From positions 1,440,001 to 1,504,000 of the forward strand of contig CAXXKJ010000002.1 in the NCBI GenBank assembly GCA_963675295.2: a stretch of 64,000 nt of DNA. The letters run 5' to 3'. The stretch is from a bacterium (GTDB taxonomy: Bacteria; Electryoneota; Electryoneia; Electryoneales; Electryoneaceae). Of the stretch, positions 1-12,150 are shown piece after piece. The position numbers were made by a program, and so were the translations under genes. The notes beneath the pieces are model-generated. The model did not search any database. It was given only the letters and a program-made list of their open reading frames with translations, and had not been told where the DNA came from. Every line of letters begins with the position of its first letter. The stretch's first letter is position 1.

Positions 1-416
1 CGCAGCCGCGCCGACATGCTTGGCCGCAGCCTCAGGGATTCCACCTCCGGCACTCTGGATGACGGCAAAAGGTTCTTGAGATCCGCGCGTTGTGAGCTGT
101 CAGCTGGGGAGAACGCCTGCCCGATGAAGAAGCCGTCGCTTTCGGCAACGATCCGCAGCACCAGCAGCCAGTTGAGATGCACTCCTTCGCCGGAGGACGA
201 TTGCCGCATCGCCAGCCACAGTTCGTCCGGATTTTCGGCAGGCAGGCGGAAGATGGTCAGGTCAACGGGTGTCCCGGTTGAATCGATGGCGGTGAAGTGG
301 CCAGTCAGGATGTCGTGCAGGCCGTTCAGGTCCGGGTTCAACGGAGCGGATCGGTCGCATGCGTTCAGCACGAATAACAAGCCCAGGACAACGGGAAACA
401 GTAGCAGGCGTTGCAT
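1..416 (-). CDS. Putative lipoprotein, partial (runs off the left edge)
   Basis: ATG at 416 with GGAGG RBS (421-425). Translation begins MQRLLLFPVVLGLLFVLNAC, a lipobox-like signal peptide; the frame stays open to the window edge. Not in the supplied ORF track. Confidence 0.65.
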   Translation of the reverse strand, partial: MQRLLLFPVVLGLLFVLNACDRSAPLNPDLNGLHDILTGHFTAIDSTGTPVDLTIFRLPAENPDELWLAMRQSSSGEGVHLNWLLVLRIVAESDGFFIGQAFSPADSSQRADLKNLLPSSRVPEVESLRLRPSMSARL

Positions 417-653
417 GAATCCTCCAGCTTGACGACATGAGTATGGCGGAAATGAACAGGCTCCGGATTTGAGTTTCATGACCTGGATCATTGGATCTCG
501 AGAGCCGGAAAACCCCTGCGAACCGCCATACAGATGGCGGGTCACAGGGGCATGACAAGAGGGTCGTAGATACACGTCGAAGTTCCAGCTCCGTGATACC
601 CGACTTGGACAAAACCACCAAGTCGGGCCACACGGATCAGCCAGAGCCTGGAA

Positions 654-2660
654 CTACTTCATCAGCATGACCTTGACGGTTTCATTCATCTGGCCCGGGA
701 CCAGCGCGCGGATGAAGTAGACGCCGCTGCTGAGGTCGCTGCCGTCGAAGCTGAGGTTGAAGCTGCCAGCCGCGAAACGATCATTCGCGAGTTCGGCAAC
801 CTGCTGGCCCATCACGTTGAACACGGCGACGTTCAGGTCGGCGGCTTCCGGCAGGCGGATGTCGATGGTGGTCGTCGGGTTGAACGGGTTCGGGTAGACG
901 CTGGTGATCGCGAATTCATTCGGCATGGATGCCGTGGCGATCGCTGTTTCCGGCGCGTCGAAACCGGTGACGGTCCATTCGCCAGCCTGCTGGGCGGCGG
1001 TGGTCAGCACGGTGAAGTTGAAGACGCTTTCGTTGACAACGTCGAAGCCCATTTCGCCCATGCGGACGTAGTAGGTGTACTCGCCGATCGGGGCATTGCC
1101 CGGAAGTAGCTGCACCGGATTCAGGTTGATGCAGGCGTCGGCGGCGATCACGATGTCGTGGATCTCGCGGATGCCTTCGATCATGGCGCCGTTCGGCAGC
1201 TCGACATCGATCCACAGGTCGGTGACATAGTCCATACCGGTGCCGTTGAAGATGTCGAGATCATAGCGGAAGCTGCCCGGGGCGTTGACGAACAGGTCCT
1301 GCTTTTCCGGCGTGACGATCATCGCCGGGGAACCGTTCCAGAGGTTGATGACGGCCTGGCCGATTTCGACGTTGTCGATGTAGTTGCCACGGACCATGTC
1401 GTGTTCATCGGCGAAGGCGGTGAAGATGTCCGCGCAGGCGCCCTTAACGTAGAAGTTGATCAGCATGTTGGTGTGGTTGCCGCTGTAGTAATGGAACTCG
1501 GGCATGTTGCCGACACCATTGTCGACGATCGGGTTGAAGATCGCCGGCGAACCGGAGTTCGGGCCCCACATGTTGCCGGTTTCATGGTCGCCGGTGACGA
1601 TCAGCAGCGTCTCATCCCAGCTGCTGTTGGCGTTGACCCAGTCCATGACGGTCTGGAACGCGTTGTCGAAGTCAACTTCTTCCTCGATCATGCGACCGAG
1701 AACATTGCCGTGACCGGCCCAGTCGACCGCGCCGCCTTCGATCATCAGGAAGAAGCCGTCTTCATCGTTGTCGAGCACGTTCAGCGCGCCGGCGACCATC
1801 TGCTGCAGGCTCGGAACGGTTTCGATGAACGGTACGGCGTACGGCGGCTCGGTGCTGTTGCCACCCGGGTTGTTGGCACGGTTGTACTGCAGGGTCTTGT
1901 AAACCTGCGGGATGCCGAGCACGCGGTCCGGGGTTTCGCCGGTGGCGAGGTCGATGAACGCCTGCTTGTCTTCGACGAGCGTCCACGGGTAGTCACCGCC
2001 CGCGGTACCGTTGGCGATCAGATCCCATTCCGCTTCGCCGCCGATGTAGTTGTAGTTGCTGGAAGACGGCTGGTCGCGGTAGACGCCGTTGTCATCGTAG
2101 AACGGATGGCCGCAGCCCATGATGACTTCGCACGCGCTCTCCTCAAGCATTTCAACTGCGATTTCCGCGTAGTTGTTGCGGGAGGCGTTGTGCGCGACGA
2201 ACGCAGCCGGGGTGGCGTGGCTGAACTCAACCGAGCTGACGACGCCGGTCGCCTTGCCGAGGGCTTCGGCGTAGTCGATGCTGTGAGTCAGGGCCTGGCC
2301 CATCGGGTCGACGCCAATCGAGCCACCGTAGCTTTTGCAGCCGGTGGACATGGCGGTGGCAGCCGCGGCGGAGTCGGTGTAACGGGTCATCTGCCAGTTG
2401 AAATCGCTCCAGCAGTCGGCATCCTTGTAGTACCAGGTGTCATTGAGGTCTTCGTACCACATGTAGGTGGACATGCCGAGCTCGGTCCAGTCGTCGCCGA
2501 GGTACGCCGGGGCGTTGCCGGTGTAGTATTCGGTGGCGCGGACGAGGTTGTACGACCAACCGTCCGAAATCATCACGACCACGTTCTTCACTTCCGCCTG
2601 CGCTCCGAAGGCGAACATCAGCGAAAGCAACATCACCAACACGATCACACTGCGCTTCAT
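654..2660 (-). CDS. phoA: Secreted alkaline phosphatase (PhoA family) with C-terminal T9SS type A sorting domain
   Basis: Signal peptide; ISDG, TDSAAAATA (catalytic Ser), HATPA, EGGAVDWAGH and TGDHETG motifs; C-terminal YPNPFNP...GVYF...KVMLMK. Confidence 0.9.
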   Translation of the reverse strand: MKRSVIVLVMLLSLMFAFGAQAEVKNVVVMISDGWSYNLVRATEYYTGNAPAYLGDDWTELGMSTYMWYEDLNDTWYYKDADCWSDFNWQMTRYTDSAAAATAMSTGCKSYGGSIGVDPMGQALTHSIDYAEALGKATGVVSSVEFSHATPAAFVAHNASRNNYAEIAVEMLEESACEVIMGCGHPFYDDNGVYRDQPSSSNYNYIGGEAEWDLIANGTAGGDYPWTLVEDKQAFIDLATGETPDRVLGIPQVYKTLQYNRANNPGGNSTEPPYAVPFIETVPSLQQMVAGALNVLDNDEDGFFLMIEGGAVDWAGHGNVLGRMIEEEVDFDNAFQTVMDWVNANSSWDETLLIVTGDHETGNMWGPNSGSPAIFNPIVDNGVGNMPEFHYYSGNHTNMLINFYVKGACADIFTAFADEHDMVRGNYIDNVEIGQAVINLWNGSPAMIVTPEKQDLFVNAPGSFRYDLDIFNGTGMDYVTDLWIDVELPNGAMIEGIREIHDIVIAADACINLNPVQLLPGNAPIGEYTYYVRMGEMGFDVVNESVFNFTVLTTAAQQAGEWTVTGFDAPETAIATASMPNEFAITSVYPNPFNPTTTIDIRLPEAADLNVAVFNVMGQQVAELANDRFAAGSFNLSFDGSDLSSGVYFIRALVPGQMNETVKVMLMK

Positions 2661-3316
2661 GGGTACCTCCCCCTGGAAACGGGCTCCCTGCCCTTGGATG
2701 GATCAACAACACGGGGGTGCTGTTGAGTGAAAAGAATCACAAATCGGTGAAGCGTGTTCACAACGAATTGTTGCCGGGAAGGTGATCTGAGAGTGTTAGG
2801 CGGTGGTGGAGACGGTATGAATGCTCACAGAGAATTTCTAACACGAAGTATTAGGATAACATTTACTAATATTATGTTTTCATATGCGAAAAAGGTCATA
2901 AACCTGATATATGAAGAAATACGGGACTCATCAGATGATCAAACATCAAGATTACACTCGCAGGGTGCGGATTCAATGCGGGTTCAGTTCAGGTACCATT
3001 AGAGGCGATAATCGTGTTAGTGGCGTTTTGGGGAGGAGAATCGGGGGCTGTGGCAGACAGGATGCCGGACCGCTCCGGGCGGGGTGTGGATCAATGCAAA
3101 TCGCTCGTGGTTGAGTTGCCTGTTCGCGGTGCATCACCTACTTTAAAGGCTCTGTTCCGGCGCGGAAAATAAGCCGTTTTGAGGGGTCGTGCCTTGGGTG
3201 TAAACTCACGCAACGCAAGGCGGTGCGCGGGCCGGACGTCCAGTCACGGATGGACAGTTCCTTTCTACGATTTCATGGTTACGATAGCAGTGGACAAAGG
3301 CGAAGGAGGCTTTCTG

Positions 3317-5401
3317 GTGAAGTCCATGTACAGGCCACCGTTCGGTCTTGCTCTGCTCGGGTTGCTGGTCGTGCTGTTGATCAGCCTGCCGGCGAGCGCG
3401 CAAATGGAGCCGGACCGTCCCACCCCACCCGGCGAACCTGATCCGGTGACCGTGTTTACACGGGTTGCTGATGCGGGTACGGCGGAGGATTACGACCACG
3501 ATTACATCATCGTAGTCGATCATTCGATCAGCCGCGTGATGGACACCGGCGTGACCTACGTCGACCTCTACACCGTGTACAAGGTGTTGACGGAGGACGG
3601 CGTGCAGGCGCTGAGTGCGCTGGATTGGCATTACGATCCGCGCAGCAGCTTCGTCAAGGTCAACGAAGTGAACATCATCCGTGACGGCGAACGCATCCCG
3701 GTGAGCGTCGACCTGGTGCAGGATCTGCCTGCTCCGCAGAGTGCGATTTACTGGAGCGACCGGATCAAGAACCTGCAGTTGCCGCGGCTGAAGGTTGGCG
3801 ACGGCATCGAGGTTGTCGCGCAGCGCAAGGGCTACAACTACGCGTTGCTCGATGATGCGGCGGGGGAAGCATCCCGCATGGGCAATGCGGCGGAAGACAT
3901 CCGCAGCGTGGATGACAACAAGTACATCCCGCCGATGGCCGGGCACTACTTCGATATCGTGGTGATGCAGGCCGATGTCCCGATGGTGGAGAAGAAGTAT
4001 GAGCTGATTCTGCCGAAGGATAAGTTCCTGCAGAGCCAGATTTACAACGCCCCGGCGTACATGAAGACGCACTACGACGCAGACCATATCACGTATACGT
4101 GGTGGGCGCTTGACATCCCCGCGAATCCGCACGAGCCCCGTCAGCCGGGCGAGTGGGATGTGTCGCCGAAGATTGTGATGACCACGGCGGAGAGCTGGGA
4201 ACAGAAGTCGCAGTGGTTCTTCGATGTCAACAAGAACCAGTTCGAGGTTACGGACGACATCCAGGCGCAGGTCGACCAGATCCTTAAGGACGCGGGCCTC
4301 AACGACAAGTCCGATCCGATGGACAAGGCAAAGGCGATCAACCACTGGGTCGCGCAGAACATCCGGTATTCGGGCCAGACGATGGGCGAGGGTGAGGGCT
4401 TCACGTTGCATCCGTCCGACGTGCTGTACGAGTATCGTTCCGGTGTCTGCAAGGACATCGCGTCGATGTCGATCACTTTCCTGCGTGCGGCCGGGCTGGA
4501 CACGTATCCGGCGATGACAATGGCTGGCGCGACGATTGAGGACATTCCGGCTGACCAGTTCAACCACTGCGTGGTCGCGTGGGAGAAAGAACCGGGCCAG
4601 TTTGTCATGCTCGACCCGACCTGGGTGCCGTACAACAACGACATCTGGTCGAAGCTGGAGACCGAGCAGCAGTACGTAATCGGTCATCCGGACGGTGTTG
4701 ACCATCTTGGCGAGATCCGTTACAGCCCGCCTGAGGAATCGCCGCTGTATGCGAACAACGAAGCGACGCTGAGCGAGGATGGCACGCTCTCGGGCACGCT
4801 GTACCTCAAGGGCAGCGGCGCGCTGGACAGCCGTCTCCGCCGCATCTGCTACAATAGCCAGAAGCGCGCGTTGGACGATGTCTTCGCCGGTGTGTTCGCG
4901 CATGCGAGCGAAGCGGTGGTGATCAAGGACGTCGAGCACCGCGGCCTGATGGACTTCAGCGGTGACATGTGGATCAACATCGAGTACGAAATTCCGGGCT
5001 ACGCGATGATGGTGGATGGTGGCCTTGAATTCACGCCGATGGTTGCGAACGCGGTCAAGGATCACGGTTACCTGTTCCGTGCCGGTGCGATTTCCTGGCC
5101 GGAGGATCGTGAGAACGACGTCTTCCTGTATTACACCCAGCGTCTCGACCTGACCGAGACCATCAAGTTGCCGGGCGGATACGAGCTGGCCAATGATGTG
5201 AACGTGGAAGCGGTGGACGAAACGTTCGCCAGCTTCGAGCAGGATACGAAGATGGACGGCCGCAAGCTGGTGCTGCATTCACGGACTGAAGTGAAGCGCC
5301 GCCAGTTCCCGCCGTCCGGGTATGCCGGGTTCATCAAAGCGATCGACCAGTTGGATGACTATGCCGGCAGCGTTGTTCGTGTGACGAAGGGAGGTGCGTG
5401 A
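3317..5401 (+). CDS. DUF3857 / transglutaminase-like domain protein
   Basis: GTG at 3317 after AGGAGG; signal peptide; P.LKVGD.IE DUF3857 motif; catalytic triad motifs GVCKD, FNHC and LDPT. Confidence 0.85.
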   Translation: MKSMYRPPFGLALLGLLVVLLISLPASAQMEPDRPTPPGEPDPVTVFTRVADAGTAEDYDHDYIIVVDHSISRVMDTGVTYVDLYTVYKVLTEDGVQALSALDWHYDPRSSFVKVNEVNIIRDGERIPVSVDLVQDLPAPQSAIYWSDRIKNLQLPRLKVGDGIEVVAQRKGYNYALLDDAAGEASRMGNAAEDIRSVDDNKYIPPMAGHYFDIVVMQADVPMVEKKYELILPKDKFLQSQIYNAPAYMKTHYDADHITYTWWALDIPANPHEPRQPGEWDVSPKIVMTTAESWEQKSQWFFDVNKNQFEVTDDIQAQVDQILKDAGLNDKSDPMDKAKAINHWVAQNIRYSGQTMGEGEGFTLHPSDVLYEYRSGVCKDIASMSITFLRAAGLDTYPAMTMAGATIEDIPADQFNHCVVAWEKEPGQFVMLDPTWVPYNNDIWSKLETEQQYVIGHPDGVDHLGEIRYSPPEESPLYANNEATLSEDGTLSGTLYLKGSGALDSRLRRICYNSQKRALDDVFAGVFAHASEAVVIKDVEHRGLMDFSGDMWINIEYEIPGYAMMVDGGLEFTPMVANAVKDHGYLFRAGAISWPEDRENDVFLYYTQRLDLTETIKLPGGYELANDVNVEAVDETFASFEQDTKMDGRKLVLHSRTEVKRRQFPPSGYAGFIKAIDQLDDYAGSVVRVTKGGA

Positions 5402-7326
5402 TGAATCGCAAATCTCTGCTGCTGACGGTATTCTCGCTGCTGCTGCTGATTGCGGCGAGCATCCCTGGATTCGCCGAGCCGATGACGTATTCAAACAACC
5501 TCGACATCGGCCAGATGATGGATGAAGCCCAGCGTGTCTGGGACTTTGAGGATCACGACTCGATCGTGTTGCTCGAAGGTGTGCGCTACACGTGGATGGA
5601 GGACGGCCGTCTCGCCGAACAGCATCACCGCGTGGTCTGGATCAGCACCGAGCATGGCATCGACCATTACGCCGACCTTCGCGTGCCGTTCGACAGCGAC
5701 CGGCAGGAGCTGAAGGTACGGGCGTTGCGGACCTGGCGTGATGACCGCTGGATCGAACACCGCAAGACGGCGATTGTCGAAACGACGCCCTACGCGTTCC
5801 GTGACACACCGGATTACAACGGTATCCGTGAGACAATGCTGCTGCATGACGGTGTCGAGCTTCCGTGTATCCTCGAGTGCAGCTTCACCATCGAGGACAA
5901 GCAGGCGTATCGTGGCGGATTCGAAGGCCAGTGGATGTTCCAGCACAACGACCCGACGTTGAACAGCTGGCTGATTATCGAAGCGCCGAACGCCGTGCCG
6001 GTGAAGGTGAAGAGCCTCAACGGGGCGATCGAACCGAGCGACGAATTGCCGGGCACCGATGCGTCGCAGCAGGTGTTCTCGTACCGGATGAAGAAGATGG
6101 AACCGGCACCGTTGCCGGCGACCAACGATCCGGCGGCATACCTGCCGACGGTGCAGTGGTCGACATTCAACAGCTGGGTCGACCTGGGCAATCAGCTCAA
6201 GGGCCAGTTCCTGACCAAGTCGATGATCACCGATGCGTTGCGTGACAGCCTCAACATGCTGCTCGATGACGCCGAGACGATGGTCGAAAAGGCTCATCGA
6301 ATCGCGGACTTTGTTGACAGCCACCAGCGTTACATCGACTACGATGGCAAGTGGTTCCTACCGCGTGTGCGCCGTGCGGGCCGGACGTACGAAACCGCGT
6401 ACGGCGCCGCCATTGACCAGAGCGTGCTCACCGCGACGTTGATGCGGGAAGCGGGCTTCGAGGTGTGGCCGGTGCTGCTGAGCGAAGGCTTCGGCAACGT
6501 GGACGAAGGCATCGCGACGTTTGCACGGTTCCAGGTTCCGGGTGTCTGGGTCAGTGGCCCGGGCGTGGAAGCGTACTGGGATCCAGCCACGGGCGTGTTG
6601 CACAACGGTCTCGCGCCGATTTACAACCGTTCGGTGTGGTTGCCGGGATACGACGATCAGCCGATGCTGCGTTGGTCGGGTGACGGTCAGGGCAGCCGTG
6701 TGCTGGCGAGCTTCGAGCTCAGCTGGTGTCCGAAGAATGAAGAGTGGCACGGCACGGGCTATTACGAAGCAGGTGGTGGTTTCTCGCCGTTCGACAAGAT
6801 GGAAGGCGGCGGCAACAGCGCGAACGATCAACTGACCAGCGTCTGCAAGGGCGTGTTCGGTGGCGCGAAGGTGACACAGTTCAGCCCGATGAGCTTTGAC
6901 CGGTTCACGGTTGCGTCCGATCTGTCGTTGACCGTCCCGAAAGCCGATTGCGACAATCTCGGCCGGATGCCGGTAGTTGTTGGTGCACCGGGTGGCGGCC
7001 TGATGGATCTGCTGCCGGGTTATGTGCCGCTTTACATTGCCGACCGAGGCACACCGGTCCCGTTGCCGGGCTCGGGCGAGCAGATGGTCAAGCTGAAGCT
7101 GGACGTGTCCGGCTTTAACGTGGTTCGTGTCCCGGAATCGATGGCGATCAACAACGAGGCGGGCAGCTTCGAGTTGACCGTCGAGCACGATGGTGACATG
7201 ATCACCCTGAACCGTTACCTCAAGGTGAACAAGTCGCTGTACGGCGTCGAGGAATGGCCGCAGCTGCGTGAGCTGTTGCTGGCGGAAGCGAGCGCGTCCA
7301 ACCAGACGATTCTGCTGACGAAGTGA
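5401..7326 (+). CDS. DUF3857-domain protein, probably inactive transglutaminase-like partner
   Basis: Overlaps the upstream stop; signal peptide; same architecture as the upstream gene but GAAIDQ replaces the G.C.D catalytic motif. Confidence 0.75.
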   Translation: MNRKSLLLTVFSLLLLIAASIPGFAEPMTYSNNLDIGQMMDEAQRVWDFEDHDSIVLLEGVRYTWMEDGRLAEQHHRVVWISTEHGIDHYADLRVPFDSDRQELKVRALRTWRDDRWIEHRKTAIVETTPYAFRDTPDYNGIRETMLLHDGVELPCILECSFTIEDKQAYRGGFEGQWMFQHNDPTLNSWLIIEAPNAVPVKVKSLNGAIEPSDELPGTDASQQVFSYRMKKMEPAPLPATNDPAAYLPTVQWSTFNSWVDLGNQLKGQFLTKSMITDALRDSLNMLLDDAETMVEKAHRIADFVDSHQRYIDYDGKWFLPRVRRAGRTYETAYGAAIDQSVLTATLMREAGFEVWPVLLSEGFGNVDEGIATFARFQVPGVWVSGPGVEAYWDPATGVLHNGLAPIYNRSVWLPGYDDQPMLRWSGDGQGSRVLASFELSWCPKNEEWHGTGYYEAGGGFSPFDKMEGGGNSANDQLTSVCKGVFGGAKVTQFSPMSFDRFTVASDLSLTVPKADCDNLGRMPVVVGAPGGGLMDLLPGYVPLYIADRGTPVPLPGSGEQMVKLKLDVSGFNVVRVPESMAINNEAGSFELTVEHDGDMITLNRYLKVNKSLYGVEEWPQLRELLLAEASASNQTILLTK

Positions 7327-7357
7327 GCGTCGTTTGAAGCGTACAGTTGCTGATTTC

Positions 7358-7387
7358 AGGGCGTCCCGTTCATGGGGCGCCCTTTTT
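7358..7387 (+). terminator. Rho-independent terminator
   Basis: AGGGCGTCCC-gttcat-GGGGCGCCCT hairpin followed by a T-run, just after the DUF3857 operon. Confidence 0.75.
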
Positions 7388-7553
7388 CTCGTTCATAGTT
7401 GGCAGGGAATGTCAGGCTCGTGCGATTAAGCGGAATAAGACGATAAAAATCCAAAATATCCCTATGCTGCTTGGCTGAAGCCGAATCGTGCCATAGATTA
7501 TCGTGCAGATGAACGACCAACTGACGCATTGGATCTGTCAAGGGGGGTGAAAA

Positions 7554-9332
<1,779 letters not shown>

Positions 9333-9377
9333 CAGCTGATTTCGATGGTATCCAGATTCTCATTGATCGTTACCCTG

Positions 9378-9406
9378 AAAAAGCCACCTCGTTCGAGGTG
9401 GCTTTT
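9378..9406 (+). terminator. Rho-independent terminator (possibly bidirectional)
   Basis: AAAAGCCACCTC-gttc-GAGGTGGCTTTT inverted repeat. Confidence 0.75.
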
Positions 9407-9572
9407 CTGGCTGATCCGCCGGGATATTCAGAAATTGCGCGGGGAGCGCTCCGAGCGTTTCAGGATGAGTATCGGTTCGATGCGTGGAGTGCTTTTCATC
9501 ATCAGTTTTATTCACTACGTTAATAATAGTCTACACGTTCTCAACGAAAACATATTGTTATCGGGGGTCTTT

Positions 9573-11366
9573 ATGAAACATACCTGCACGATTTTCCTGC
9601 TTCTGCTTTTTGCCTGCCTGGGAACAGCAAGTGCTCAGCCGCAATTCGACGAACACGTGATCGAACCGCACTACGATGGCGCGAACACCATTGACGTCAC
9701 GGACATGGACGGCGACAAGGATCTTGATATCGTCAGCTCGGCGTCTGGTTCTGAGGAGATCAGCTGGTGGGAAAACCAGGACTCGTTGAACTTTGAATAC
9801 CATTACGTCGGAGCCGCGCAGAATCCCAGCCGTCTGGAGGCCGGAGATCTTGATGGTGACGGCGACAAGGACATTGTCTGTGCATTCGACTTTGGCAACA
9901 TGATTCTGTGGTATGAGAACCAGGGGAATGACACCTGGTTGCCACATACACTGGTATCCGGCTATCCGGAAGCACGCAGCGTGGAGCTTGCGGACATGGA
10001 TTCGGACGGTGACGTGGACGTTGTTTCCTGCGGCCAGTGGCGTGTGACGTGGTTCGAAAACACCGGTAGCGCGCTTTCCTTCATCGCCCATGATCTCGAT
10101 ACGAATTTTCCGGGCGCGGCCATGGTGCAGGCGTTCGACGTCGACCTGGACGGTGACAAGGACGTGTTCTGCACCGCGTATTGGTGGGATGATACGGCGT
10201 GGTGGGAGAATGATGGCGCTGAGATGTTTACCCGGCACGATTTGAACCCGACTCTCGACGATCCGCACTGGATGGAAGTCGCGGATCTGAACGGCGATAT
10301 GCTCAAGGACGTTATCGTCAGCTCACGTTCGACCAACGAACTGATGGTGTACCGCAATACGGGGTCCGGCTTTACGGGGTACAGCGTGGCCTGCCCGGTG
10401 CAGGGACCACAGGGGATCACGGCGGCTGACTTTGATGATGATCAGGATACGGATTTCATCGTAGTGGGACGCGCTGAAGGGTCGATCTGGCTGTTTTTGA
10501 ATGACAACAATGAGTTTGAGCCATTCCTGATCCAGAATGGCCGGTCGTTGTGTTCCAATGTGCACGCCGGGCCGATGGACCATGACATGGACATCGACTT
10601 TGTCGCGACTTATCAGGGGGAGAACACGCTCGCGGTCTGGGAGAATCACGCAAACGACAACATTGACCCTGCCGAAATGATCGAAATCGAGTTGGTACCG
10701 TTCAACCCTCCAATTGTGATTCCACCCATCGGTGGCTGGCTGACCTTCAGCGCCGTCATCAGCAACCACAGCGAAGCGATGGTGAGTGGTTTCGCCTGGG
10801 CATGGGTGGTGACACCAACAGAGAACATTGTCCCGTTCGCTGGACCGATTGGGTTGACGCTGGGGCCGGGTGAGTCGGTTGACTACCCTTACCTGCAAGC
10901 TCATTGCCCCGCGGGTGCGCCGGCGGGGACATACACCATGCGTGCGGCAATTGGCGAACAGGTGCCTTATCCGCTGGACATGGATGAGTTTCCGATTGTG
11001 AAGCTGGCTGCATCCGGTCACGTGGATGAAAATGCGGAATGGAGGTTGACCGGTTGGGATGAGCCGAGTGGGGAGGTGCAGGCCGAACCTGTTGCACTTC
11101 CGGACGGCTTCGCGCTTTCCGCGTACCCGAATCCGTTTAATCCGTCGACGACAGTCACGGTCGATCTGCCGGCGTCGTCCGAGTTGAGCGTTACGGTGTT
11201 CGACGTTCAGGGACGTGTGGTGTCAACGTTGGCGGACGGATGGCACCAAGCCGGGGTGCATACGATCCAGTTTGACGCCCAGCACCTCGCGGCCGGCATG
11301 TATTTCGTGCAGGCTCGTGGCGCGGATGGCGAAACGATTTCCCGGAAACTGATGCTGCTGAAATAA
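9573..11366 (+). CDS. Secreted FG-GAP-repeat protein with T9SS sorting domain (tandem paralog of 7554-9332)
   Basis: Likely start MKHTCTIF at 9573; colinear with the upstream paralog (ANTIDV, SCGQWRV.WFENTG, NFPGAAM, TAYWWDDTAW). Confidence 0.88.
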   Translation: MKHTCTIFLLLLFACLGTASAQPQFDEHVIEPHYDGANTIDVTDMDGDKDLDIVSSASGSEEISWWENQDSLNFEYHYVGAAQNPSRLEAGDLDGDGDKDIVCAFDFGNMILWYENQGNDTWLPHTLVSGYPEARSVELADMDSDGDVDVVSCGQWRVTWFENTGSALSFIAHDLDTNFPGAAMVQAFDVDLDGDKDVFCTAYWWDDTAWWENDGAEMFTRHDLNPTLDDPHWMEVADLNGDMLKDVIVSSRSTNELMVYRNTGSGFTGYSVACPVQGPQGITAADFDDDQDTDFIVVGRAEGSIWLFLNDNNEFEPFLIQNGRSLCSNVHAGPMDHDMDIDFVATYQGENTLAVWENHANDNIDPAEMIEIELVPFNPPIVIPPIGGWLTFSAVISNHSEAMVSGFAWAWVVTPTENIVPFAGPIGLTLGPGESVDYPYLQAHCPAGAPAGTYTMRAAIGEQVPYPLDMDEFPIVKLAASGHVDENAEWRLTGWDEPSGEVQAEPVALPDGFALSAYPNPFNPSTTVTVDLPASSELSVTVFDVQGRVVSTLADGWHQAGVHTIQFDAQHLAAGMYFVQARGADGETISRKLMLLK

Positions 11367-11397
11367 GTGTTACAGCAGTTGAATGTCGTATACGCAT

Positions 11398-11424
11398 CAG
11401 CCACCTTTGCCGGGTGGCTGTTTC
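11398..11424 (+). terminator. Probable terminator
   Basis: CAGCCACC / GGTGGCTG hairpin followed by TTT, after 11366. Confidence 0.5.
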
Positions 11425-11439
11425 ACTTGGTCGGATGGC

Positions 11440-11889
11440 ATGCGTCGAACGAAACCTGAAGCATCGGTGCTGAACACCCTGGCGATTGCTGCCGTGCGCC
11501 TGTACCGCTCCGTATGGCACCGGATCCACCGATGTCTCGATTGGATGGGGATACGGTTTCGAGTCTGCCATTTCGAGCCTAGCTGCTCGCAATATGCCCT
11601 TGACGCCTTCGAACGCTACCCCGCACGCAAGGCGCTGGTGCTGACCTGGTTCCGTGTCTGGCGCTGCCATCGCGCAAGTTATTTCCACGTCGTGATGCCA
11701 GACCGGTTGGTGGATGAATCCGATGATGCACCGCACTACGAACACTGCTGCGGCGGTGCGATGCAGATGGGAAACGGTCACGCGAGTGCGCAGAACGGTT
11801 CCCGGCACTCGTCCAATGGTCACAAGCCCGACCACCATCTTGAGGTATCTCCGGAGGCTCGCTTTAAGAAAAGCTCAAGTAAACGGTGA
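11440..11889 (+). CDS. yidD: YidD-like membrane protein insertion efficiency factor with His-rich C-terminal tail
   Basis: VRLYR...CHFEPSCSQYALDAFERY...W.RVWRCH matches the three-Cys YidD signature. Confidence 0.7.
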   Translation: MRRTKPEASVLNTLAIAAVRLYRSVWHRIHRCLDWMGIRFRVCHFEPSCSQYALDAFERYPARKALVLTWFRVWRCHRASYFHVVMPDRLVDESDDAPHYEHCCGGAMQMGNGHASAQNGSRHSSNGHKPDHHLEVSPEARFKKSSSKR

Positions 11890-11902
11890 GAGCTGCCGAA
11901 GA

Positions 11903-12150
11903 GTAGGGGGAAGCGAATGCAGTACTCATTGCCCCTGCCCACCAACAGATGGAGGACATCGAGCGCTTCACTTCCCTCCGGTTGCGGAGGAACCCTTGCT
12001 GTCAGGTGCCCGAGTCGTGACGACGACTGCGGGCATTTGACGTTTTTGGGGCTCTCGTTGTCGCAGAGTGAAACTATTAAGCCGCAGGATGCGTCTACCT
12101 AACACTGGCCCCGGGATTGCTCGCTGACAGGTACGGGTCCTGAGTGTATC
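11903..12150 (+). ncRNA. Candidate structured non-coding RNA of unknown family
   Basis: At least 5 consecutive hairpins (11903-11938, 11972-11992, 12001-12041, 12051-12069, 12107-12140). G-U pairs in several stems work only on the + strand. No convincing ORF. Confidence 0.4.

Noticed and set aside
1158-2726. Long antisense ORFs (also 3206-5278, 12557-14458, 14226-15269, 18907-20079)
   Set aside because: Shadow frames opposite well-supported genes in GC-rich DNA, with no motifs.
2893-2910. Pho-box-like AGGTCAT-AAAC-CTGATAT upstream of phoA
   Set aside because: Several mismatches, on the strand opposite to phoA, and within AT-rich DNA; not supportable.
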